Program-made: the position numbers and the translations under genes | Notes under the pieces: generated by a model | What the model saw: only the letters and a program-made list of their open reading frames with translations | Told to the model about the DNA's origin: nothing | Databases searched by the model: none | From: a virus | IMG/VR virus record: IMGVR_UViG_3300017971_000276 | Span: 1 to 64,000 of that record | DNA: 64,000 nucleotides | Reading direction: 5' to 3' (one strand) | In this document: positions 7,263 through 15,431 of the stretch, piece by piece | Layout of the letters: each line of letters begins with the position of its first letter | How positions within the stretch are numbered: the first letter of the stretch is position 1

Positions 7263-8029
7263 TGCAATGGTTTGATGCTAATCCTCATGGACCGAATGCT
7301 GGTATTCGTGGGGACTTAATGTGGGAAATTCATGAGGGGGCCAGAGGGATGTTTCCCTCTTCCTTCGCTCGTGGAGGTACTTTTGCAACAACTGCTTTTG
7401 CACCAACAGCTTCAGAAGCGTTTAAGTCTCCTTGGAGAAAATCTATCAAACATGGAAGTCCTCAGCATATCGAGAATCTTAGAAGAATGCAGCGTGCCGA
7501 TCCTGGTAATGAAAGAATAACAAATCAGATAAAGAAAGCGGAGACCAAAAGTGCAAAGTTTGCATTAGGTGGAAGAGTCGCTAGATTCGGTTTAGGATTA
7601 GGAATGGTAGGAATACCAGCGTTTGCAACGCCTGGTGGCATTCAAGAGAAAGGGAAGGCTGTCGCGGCTAGTCTTGTCGGTCAAGTCGGCTGGGAATTAG
7701 GATCTAAAGCAGGGATGGGGATTGGAGCAGCATTAGGGAGTGTTATTCCTGGTCTTGGTACAGCAATTGGTGCTGGGGTAGGTTTCCTTGCTGGCGGCTT
7801 CCTAGGTGCTTATGGTGCTGAAGAAGCGGCATATGGGGTTATGGGAGTTTCAGACAGGATGGTAGAAAGAGAAAGATCTCGTCGTCGTCTTAATTGGAAA
7901 GGTGACACAACTGCTTTTATGACAAGAAGCGCGCATACAATGAGACAACAATCTCTACAAGCAATGAATAGAGGTCAAATGACTGCACGTTCAATGTTAG
8001 GTAGAGAAGGAGTAATGCTCCATCAATAA
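7262..8029 (+). CDS. Glycine-zipper membrane-type protein (putative internal virion/ejection protein)
   Basis: GAALGSVIPGLGTAIGAGVGFLAGG glycine zipper of the kind seen in tape-measure and pilot proteins. TAATG coupling. Confidence 0.6.
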   Translation: MQWFDANPHGPNAGIRGDLMWEIHEGARGMFPSSFARGGTFATTAFAPTASEAFKSPWRKSIKHGSPQHIENLRRMQRADPGNERITNQIKKAETKSAKFALGGRVARFGLGLGMVGIPAFATPGGIQEKGKAVAASLVGQVGWELGSKAGMGIGAALGSVIPGLGTAIGAGVGFLAGGFLGAYGAEEAAYGVMGVSDRMVERERSRRRLNWKGDTTAFMTRSAHTMRQQSLQAMNRGQMTARSMLGREGVMLHQ

Positions 8030-8080
8030 CTTCTGTACAAATATTGAACATTCCTATAAAATCTTATCTTAGGTGATAAT

Positions 8081-10009
8081 ATGAAAGATGAATTAGCAGA
8101 TCTTAGAGAAATGGACTTGCCATTTGATGTTGACGAAGTAATTCCTCAATGTCATGAATGTGTTCGTAGTCAAATCAAAAAATACAATAAACATGTTCTT
8201 GATGGCAAGGTTGTAGGGCGTAAATTCTTAGTTCCATGTACAGGGATTAAGAAAGAGCTTATTTCTCCGATGGAGAAGGCAACTAAAACAGATGATCAGT
8301 TAGGTATTCTTCGTGCAGTTAGAGACAAAGTAGAATTTGCTAAAATGTTCGCTCGTTTACCAGGGAATCTTCCTTGGGTTGCTAGATGGTATCAAGAGCA
8401 AGTGCTTAGATGTACTTCACGTCGTAAAGTTTTAAGAATTGGGAGACGAACTGGCAAAACAGATAGTGTATGTATGGAAATTCTGTTTAAGTTGTTTACA
8501 AGTTCAGATCGTAAAATTTTTGTAACTGGCCCACAGAAAGTGCATGTCGAAGAGATCTTTACTCGTGTTCGTGGTTTTATTGCTGCGAATCCGGTTCTTA
8601 AAGATTCTGTTGTTAGAGATGTAGCTGCTCCTTATTATGAAATCAAAGTTAGGAATGGTTCTCGTGTTCGTGGCTTTGCTGGAGGGGCTAAAGGCAAGAA
8701 GGAAGGCCTTGCAGGTCGTGGGCAAGATGCTGACGATATTTATTGCGAGGAAATGGATTATATTGATGAGACTGCTCTCCGTGGCGGTATTTTCCCTATT
8801 CTCCACACCTCTCCTAATACTTCTCTTTGTGGTTTCTCTACTCCCACAGGCTTTAAGACTCCTTATTATGCTTTGTGTGAAGAAAGTCCTCATTATAAAG
8901 AATTCCACTTCACATATAAAGTTCTACCTTGGTGGAAACAAGTTGAAGGAGAAAAGAGTTCTTTTACAGAAGAAGAATGGACACATGAGTATTTAGCAGA
9001 ATGGGGAACTTCTGAGTCTGGTGTTTATAAGCCAGCATATATAGATCGAGCTTTAGCTGATTACACATATGAAGGGATTAATAGAAATCCTTCGTGGAAA
9101 TATACAATTGGGACTGACTGGAACGAAAAACATGGTACTGAGATTGTGGTTCTAGGCTTTAATCCTTTCACAAATAGATTCCAAGTTGTAGATGCTCTTC
9201 ATGTAGAAAGCTCTGAGTTTACGCAGCTGACTGGTGTGTCTAAACTGCTTGAGATGAATCGCAAGTGGAGACCACATTTTATATATATTGATGCTGGGAA
9301 TGGCAGTACTAACTATGAGCTTTTAAGGAAAACTGCATATGAAAATATGCGTAGGGATGGAGACAGAGACACTGCTAACTTATTGAATATGCTGAAGAAA
9401 TATGACGCAGGAGCTTCTATTGAGATTCGGGATCCTGTTACTTCTCAAAAGAAGAAAAGCCCTGCTAAACCATTTATGGTAAATGCTTCTGTTCGTTTAT
9501 TTGAGCAAAATAAAATTAGGCTATCGGCTCATGATCATATTCTTGAAAAACAACTAAGAAGTTACATTATTGAAAGGATTACGCCCACAAAGACTCCTGT
9601 CTATGGGCTTGAAGATCCTAAAGCAAAAGATCATAAATTAGATGCTTTAAATTTAGCAATAGTTGCATTTCAGTTAGAATTTGATAGTCTACATACTAGG
9701 AATGTTAATACTCAAGTTGCATCAGTGCCAGACCCAAGGACTTTAAAGAATCAACAATCTCAAGATGAGAAAGAAAGATTTGCGACTCCACAAGAAAGAA
9801 GACTAGATGGTGGCTTTGAAAAAACACTTGTTGAAGAACAGCTATTTGCATCGACACCTGCTAGAATAGATAATGGTCTTGATGGAATTCGTACTAATAG
9901 ACCGGGATGGTCTACAGATGAAGAGGATTTACATATCCAAAGGTTTTTACAACGTAGGCGTGGTCGACAATCTATTAGAAGAAATCGGCCAACAAGATCA
10001 AATTTCTAG
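8081..10009 (+). CDS. terL: Terminase large subunit
   Basis: Walker A GRRTGKT, NGSRV, Walker B IYCEE, coupling motif FSTP, EYLAEW linker, RNase-H nuclease residues IGTDW, YIDAG and DHKLDA. Confidence 0.93.
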   Translation: MKDELADLREMDLPFDVDEVIPQCHECVRSQIKKYNKHVLDGKVVGRKFLVPCTGIKKELISPMEKATKTDDQLGILRAVRDKVEFAKMFARLPGNLPWVARWYQEQVLRCTSRRKVLRIGRRTGKTDSVCMEILFKLFTSSDRKIFVTGPQKVHVEEIFTRVRGFIAANPVLKDSVVRDVAAPYYEIKVRNGSRVRGFAGGAKGKKEGLAGRGQDADDIYCEEMDYIDETALRGGIFPILHTSPNTSLCGFSTPTGFKTPYYALCEESPHYKEFHFTYKVLPWWKQVEGEKSSFTEEEWTHEYLAEWGTSESGVYKPAYIDRALADYTYEGINRNPSWKYTIGTDWNEKHGTEIVVLGFNPFTNRFQVVDALHVESSEFTQLTGVSKLLEMNRKWRPHFIYIDAGNGSTNYELLRKTAYENMRRDGDRDTANLLNMLKKYDAGASIEIRDPVTSQKKKSPAKPFMVNASVRLFEQNKIRLSAHDHILEKQLRSYIIERITPTKTPVYGLEDPKAKDHKLDALNLAIVAFQLEFDSLHTRNVNTQVASVPDPRTLKNQQSQDEKERFATPQERRLDGGFEKTLVEEQLFASTPARIDNGLDGIRTNRPGWSTDEEDLHIQRFLQRRRGRQSIRRNRPTRSNF

Positions 10010-10017
10010 GAGGCACA

Positions 10018-10482
10018 ATGAGCCTTGAAGTGTATTTCAGAGATTCAAATGGTTTAATGTCTTTAGCTACTGTTGGCACAGACTTAGCCAATCCAGTTAC
10101 TACTACTCATGATGGGAAAGATGGAGATGAAATTGCAATTGTTCTTTATCTTAGGAATAATGATTCCTCTAGATGGTATTCGAATATTAAAATTACTCCT
10201 GTAGATCTTATAGATGCAAACCCTTATGGTGATGTTATATATAATGAAACTGGCTGGGGAGTAAAACTAAATAAAGGTGGATCAGAACCTACAGAAGCTG
10301 AATGGGATGATATTGATTGGGGATACCATATTGATATGGACAACATTGGGTCTGATGGAATAGGAGATACAAGTACTTATTATCCATTTTGGTACCTTGT
10401 TTCTTGTCCGCCAAATACGAATGCACAAAACAAAACTGACATTGTTCTTAGAGTAGAGTCAACAGAGAACACGGTGATTTAA
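10018..10482 (+). CDS. Putative virion structural protein (beta-rich)
   Basis: Beta-strand-type composition, GGAGG RBS, located in the head module. Confidence 0.5.
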   Translation: MSLEVYFRDSNGLMSLATVGTDLANPVTTTHDGKDGDEIAIVLYLRNNDSSRWYSNIKITPVDLIDANPYGDVIYNETGWGVKLNKGGSEPTEAEWDDIDWGYHIDMDNIGSDGIGDTSTYYPFWYLVSCPPNTNAQNKTDIVLRVESTENTVI

Positions 10483-10892
10483 TGTCCGATCTTAAAAAAC
10501 TCCTAAATCCTAATGATGCGGAAGCTTTAACAGAGCAAGCAGGAGTATCTTGGGTCCCTAAAGAACCAAGAGAGATTTTATTGCCTTATATGTCAGATGT
10601 TCCAAATCAAGAAGAGAAATCTGATCTAGATGCAAGAAGAGAGAAAGCAAAACAAGTAGTCGATGGATACACAGGAGTTATTGAAGACTGTAAGAGACTA
10701 GAGGCCGAAATTGAAGATCGCTGCAAAGATGCCACAGTTCCTCTTAATAGAGCACAACATCTTTCTGTGATAAAAGCATTGGGTCGTATCTTTGGTCTCG
10801 GCGAGCAAGAAGAAATTACATTTGAAATGTATAAAATATGTATTCGTGAATTAGCAAAACTTTCTAATGATACAGGAGCTCCATCCCAATGA
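10482..10892 (+). CDS. Hypothetical protein
   Basis: Coupled ORF between TerL and portal. Confidence 0.6.
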   Translation: MSDLKKLLNPNDAEALTEQAGVSWVPKEPREILLPYMSDVPNQEEKSDLDARREKAKQVVDGYTGVIEDCKRLEAEIEDRCKDATVPLNRAQHLSVIKALGRIFGLGEQEEITFEMYKICIRELAKLSNDTGAPSQ

Positions 10893-11281
10893 TGGCATTT
10901 GAACCAATTAATGAAGAAATTTATGACGAAGCAGCAACATATATTACATATGCTAAAATTTTTCCATATATTTTAGATCATTTTGTTAGTCGTAAAGATG
11001 CAAAGCAAATGATGCTTCCTAGTAATTTGCCCGTCCAGACTTCTATTCAAGTAATACCAGGACAAGCTGTTGCTACCGCTGGAGGCCCTACTGCCCAATC
11101 TGGTACTACAGTCTCCCCTGGCTCTGGAAGCGGACAGGGAACCGTACAGGCTAGTTATAACGGCTCTTATGCGAATGCCGAAAGTCAGGTGCTTAAACAA
11201 CAAGTCAAAGCGAAGAAAGAAGCTGGAGGAGTTGCTGTTGAAGGATTAACAGAGGCTGTCTCTACTGCTACAGGTGAATAA
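10889..11281 (+). CDS. Hypothetical protein (Gly/Thr-rich central hairpin)
   Basis: Coupled ORF containing VIPGQAVATAGGPTAQSGTT. Confidence 0.6.
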   Translation: MMAFEPINEEIYDEAATYITYAKIFPYILDHFVSRKDAKQMMLPSNLPVQTSIQVIPGQAVATAGGPTAQSGTTVSPGSGSGQGTVQASYNGSYANAESQVLKQQVKAKKEAGGVAVEGLTEAVSTATGE

Positions 11282-13242
11282 TGGGTTTTACAGACGACGA
11301 AAAAATTATTCGAACTAATGAGAAGAAGGTTATTAAATCGTCAGATGGCAAAACAATTAGCCTGTCTGTAAATCCAAATAATCCTTTTGCACAACATGAC
11401 TATGCTCTTGTTGTTAACACCTTTGAATTAGAAGCAGCGAATTGGGCTGAAGAAGACTATGCTTTAGCCTATCATTATAAAGATGTATATTCTACTAGAA
11501 ACTTTTCTGAGCGTGTCAGAGAACAAATGAACTATTATCCTGGCATGCATCAAGCATCTGCTGTTCCTGCTGAAGATCCTGCATATACAAAAGCTAAAGA
11601 GATGTCTTCTGAAAGAATGTCTTTTTGGAATAATTCAATGGACCATCCAGATGCTTTTATGAATGGGCTGCGTTCTAGACAACAAGATTTTGATTATAGG
11701 GAAATTTTTGGTTCAGATACGAGTGCTAAAACAAAAGCAGAACAAGTTGGCAAAGTACTTACAGAATGTATTCCTTGTTTTGATAGGCTTCTTGATTTAG
11801 ATGGTTTGCTTCCGGATGGAGATTTATTAGAAGTTCATTTATTGAATCTTAATTTGCGAACAGACTTGCTTGGCCAGATTCGCGATTTGTTTAAGAGCCC
11901 AGGAATGTATTTAGATGTTTGTGAGCTAATTAATCTTTTGGCCCGTCTATGCCCACAAGACCTGTTGGCTATCCTTTCCTTATTGACACAATATCTTGCA
12001 AAACTTAATCTGGATATTAAATTCAATATCGATTTTATTGTTAATCTTGTTGGTACAATTCTAAGTCCGTTTCTAGATGCTTTGTCTCAATGGCTAGATA
12101 AATTCATCCAAATGTTATTGGCACCTACACTTTGTGTTGTTGATCATATTAATGAAATTATTCTTACTGCACAAACAATGAAGATTCCATTGTCTCAAGC
12201 AACGGCAAGTCTTGATGCAGATATAGGGAATGCTGCTGGCGATCAAAATATGGCAGCGAATTTTACTGCAGGAGCAAATCCCGACGACCAATGGATTTCT
12301 GGAGAGCTAGAAAGATTCAATACTCCTGATGAACAAAAATATAATCCATCAAGACCTGAGTGGCCAGAGGAAGAGACGGAGCTTGCTGCCGAGGAGATGA
12401 AGGAATCGATAAATCCTAGTCTGTCTGAAGCAGAGAGAGAAGAAAGAAATAAGAGATGGGCAGAGCTTAGAGCCAAAGAGGCAAAGAAACGTAAAAAAGT
12501 TCCTCCTCCTTTAAGAGCTGGCAATCAAAGAGATGGTACAAGATGGAGTAAAGATGATATACCTCAATCAGAGAAGTGGAGCAAAGAATTCTCTGTTGGT
12601 AATGAGAACAATCCTCCTGAGAAACAAAACAAACCTCTTGAGGCTCGTGAATATTTTGATCCAGAACCACTTGTTAATTCTGTTGTTCAATTGAGAAATA
12701 TTATGCAAGGAGCAATTAGATATGTTCAAGATTGGTTCGATTATGCTATACAAATGATCTATGATCTTTTAGGCACAGATGCAGGTTGGATGATTAAGAA
12801 AACAGATACTTCTATTGTTAAGTCTAGAATCATTCAATTGATCTCTATTATCAAAGCTATTATTGAAGCTGTTTCTCGCAATGGTTTGAAATGTGGAGTT
12901 AATAGTAACTTTGATGATGGACAACTTAAATTCATTCTTGAAGATGGACTAAATAAATTCAGTGCTACGCAATTTAAAGTGCTTGATGATGGTACTATTA
13001 ATATTATTCCTCCAGGTTCAAAAGCTCCTCCTTCAGCAGAGCAAGTTGCTTCTGCAGTAGAGGATTTATCAGAGGCAGACAGGAATCAAACTGATACTCC
13101 AAAAGCCAAAGAAGTTAAGCAAAAATCTGTAGAATCAGGTATTATAGTCAAGAATTGTCTGCGTGATGTCACTGCAGAAGAATTAACTCAAGCCAGAGAA
13201 TGGATTGCCGATTACGAGAGGAGAACTGGCGGTAATGGCTAA
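11281..13242 (+). CDS. Large helical hypothetical virion protein
   Basis: 653 aa, Leu-rich amphipathic helices around a charged low-complexity insert. Directly precedes the portal. Confidence 0.55.
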   Translation: MGFTDDEKIIRTNEKKVIKSSDGKTISLSVNPNNPFAQHDYALVVNTFELEAANWAEEDYALAYHYKDVYSTRNFSERVREQMNYYPGMHQASAVPAEDPAYTKAKEMSSERMSFWNNSMDHPDAFMNGLRSRQQDFDYREIFGSDTSAKTKAEQVGKVLTECIPCFDRLLDLDGLLPDGDLLEVHLLNLNLRTDLLGQIRDLFKSPGMYLDVCELINLLARLCPQDLLAILSLLTQYLAKLNLDIKFNIDFIVNLVGTILSPFLDALSQWLDKFIQMLLAPTLCVVDHINEIILTAQTMKIPLSQATASLDADIGNAAGDQNMAANFTAGANPDDQWISGELERFNTPDEQKYNPSRPEWPEEETELAAEEMKESINPSLSEAEREERNKRWAELRAKEAKKRKKVPPPLRAGNQRDGTRWSKDDIPQSEKWSKEFSVGNENNPPEKQNKPLEAREYFDPEPLVNSVVQLRNIMQGAIRYVQDWFDYAIQMIYDLLGTDAGWMIKKTDTSIVKSRIIQLISIIKAIIEAVSRNGLKCGVNSNFDDGQLKFILEDGLNKFSATQFKVLDDGTINIIPPGSKAPPSAEQVASAVEDLSEADRNQTDTPKAKEVKQKSVESGIIVKNCLRDVTAEELTQAREWIADYERRTGGNG

Positions 13243-15418
13243 TACTGAAAAACACCAGGACCAGATAGCTCCAGCTCCAGAAAAGAATACAGGGTTTCGT
13301 ACGCCTGAGAAGAAAAGTATTATTCCAAAACATCTTCCTTCTCCAACAAAAGTATATACCTCTAATATTGGAAGAGGTCGCGCTCCTACACTTAGATGGG
13401 AGTTCCCTGAATGGGATCTTGTTGAAACTGGAAGAATCCTTGACACAGAATCATATGTGAGACGAGCGTTTCGTGTAAAGAAAAATCTGTTTCTTAAAGA
13501 AGGATATGAGTTTACTGGTTCTAATATTGCTAGAGTTCGATATATCAAGAGACGCTTACAACAGATGGAGCAAGCAACAGGGGGGCCTTTCCCTGTTCTT
13601 CTATCTGAAACAATTGCATCTTTAATTAGAACATCAAATGCATTTTGGGTAAAAGTTCGCAAACAAGTTTCTTCTGGAGGAGGACCAAGAGTCACCCCAG
13701 AAGGCAAGAGGCTAGAGCCTGTAGCTGGTTATTTCTTACTTCCTGCTGAAACAGTTCGTATTAAACGAGATGAATTTGGCAAAATCGTTAAATACCAACA
13801 AGATATTCATGGCAAAGTTGAAAAAGAATTTCGTCCTGAAGATGTTGTGCATTTTTATTTTGATAAAAGGCCAGGATATTCTGTGGGGACTCCCTCTTTA
13901 GTCCCAGTCAAAGATGATATTCGTGCTTTGCGTCGAATCGAAGAAAATGTTGAGTTGTTAATTTATCAACATCTTTTTCCTCTGTTCCATTATCGAGTTG
14001 GAACACAAGATGCTCCAGCAGCAGTATTTCCTGATGGCTCTACTGAAATTGATGTTGTAAAGATAGAAGCAGCGAGAATGCCTTCAGATGGTTGTTGGGT
14101 TACACCTGAAAGACATGAGATTACTCCTCTACAAGCCTCTAGTTCTCCTTTGGCAGTAGATAAAGTAATTGATCATTTTAAGCAAAGAATTTTTACTGGA
14201 CTTGGTGTCTCTTCTGTAGATATGGGCGAAGGGGGTACTGCTAATCGCAGCACTGCTCAAACTATGTCTCGAAATCTTATTGACGATACTAAAGCCGATC
14301 AAAAAGAGTTTGGAGCTTTATTCTATTCTTATATTATTCAAGAGCTTCTTTTAGAATCTACTTTCCCCTCTTCTACCCTTCTAGACGAGGAGAATAGAGT
14401 CTATCTTAAATTCAAAGAAATTGATTTAGAATCTCGTCAAGCTAAAGAGAATCATTATGTGGATATGTTTCTTAAGAATGCTATTACACATGATGAGATG
14501 CGACAAAGTATTGGTCTTGAGCCGTTCCAAGGGCAAGGCTGGCCGACAGGCACAAAGAAAACTCAAATGTTTACCAAGGGCGATGGAGACTGGGGCAATA
14601 CTAATTATGGTCTTGTTGAAAGAGATAAGATTATTCTTCAATCCTTAGATGAACCTGGAACAGATGCTTCTCAAGCAGAATCTCAATCAAGAACCAAGCA
14701 AGCTAATGCTCAAACAGCTGGTGGCAATGCAGTTGCTAATAAGAATGCTCCTGCCAATCAACATGGAGCTAGGTCTTCTGCTAAAATAAATAAAGATTCT
14801 TTAGATTTTATTTACAAACAGAGTCCTCCAGTAGAAAACATCTATACTGCTCTTAAAGAAGATATTGTTGATCAAGTACGAAGAACTGGTCTGGTTGTCT
14901 CTAAATTAGAACTAGCAATTAATATGTCATTCTCAGAGGCTCGTGATAGATTAGTTCGCCAAGCCAGTCAAGCATATAGAACTGGCCTCCGTGAAACAGG
15001 AAGAATGATTTGGGAAGTGCGTGTTGACAAAATTGATGCTAAGATTCAAGATCATGTTGAAAGATATGTAAATAGACTCCGTGATAATTTATTTGATGCA
15101 ATTAAAGCACATACTTTCAAAAGAAAAGCTCTTAAAATTGAGGATGCTATTTTTGTGGAAATAATTTTTAATGCACTTGAGCACAGGACTAGGATGATTG
15201 ATAAGAGTGAAGTTATGCGTGCATACAATTATGGTTTAGCTAGTGGGCATCGTTTGAATGGGTTTAATAAAATGCATTCTGTAAGAAACGGAAGCGATCC
15301 ATGTGACACTTGTGACAACCACTCTTTGAAATACGAATCTACGGATGCTATAATTTACGAAGACTTACCTCCATTGCATCCTAATTGCACATGTACTATG
15401 CAAAAGGTAGGCCAATAA
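13235..15418 (+). CDS. Portal protein fused to a C-terminal MuF/gpF-like head morphogenesis domain
   Basis: Portal-like NAFW, LLPAETVRI, FRPEDVVHF, GTPSL, LGVS..DMG, ITHDEMRQSIGLEP. C-terminal CDTC...PPLHPNCTC is the MuF signature. Start at ATG 13235. Confidence 0.85.
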   Translation: MANTEKHQDQIAPAPEKNTGFRTPEKKSIIPKHLPSPTKVYTSNIGRGRAPTLRWEFPEWDLVETGRILDTESYVRRAFRVKKNLFLKEGYEFTGSNIARVRYIKRRLQQMEQATGGPFPVLLSETIASLIRTSNAFWVKVRKQVSSGGGPRVTPEGKRLEPVAGYFLLPAETVRIKRDEFGKIVKYQQDIHGKVEKEFRPEDVVHFYFDKRPGYSVGTPSLVPVKDDIRALRRIEENVELLIYQHLFPLFHYRVGTQDAPAAVFPDGSTEIDVVKIEAARMPSDGCWVTPERHEITPLQASSSPLAVDKVIDHFKQRIFTGLGVSSVDMGEGGTANRSTAQTMSRNLIDDTKADQKEFGALFYSYIIQELLLESTFPSSTLLDEENRVYLKFKEIDLESRQAKENHYVDMFLKNAITHDEMRQSIGLEPFQGQGWPTGTKKTQMFTKGDGDWGNTNYGLVERDKIILQSLDEPGTDASQAESQSRTKQANAQTAGGNAVANKNAPANQHGARSSAKINKDSLDFIYKQSPPVENIYTALKEDIVDQVRRTGLVVSKLELAINMSFSEARDRLVRQASQAYRTGLRETGRMIWEVRVDKIDAKIQDHVERYVNRLRDNLFDAIKAHTFKRKALKIEDAIFVEIIFNALEHRTRMIDKSEVMRAYNYGLASGHRLNGFNKMHSVRNGSDPCDTCDNHSLKYESTDAIIYEDLPPLHPNCTCTMQKVGQ
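15326..15354 (+). promoter_or_regulatory. Sigma70-type promoter TTGAAA-17bp-(TG)TATAAT
   Basis: TTGAAA 15326-15331, TG 15346-47, TATAAT 15349-15354. Lies inside the portal 3' end, upstream of the protease/capsid genes. Confidence 0.65.
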
Positions 15419-15431
15419 TAGGAGTATAAGA

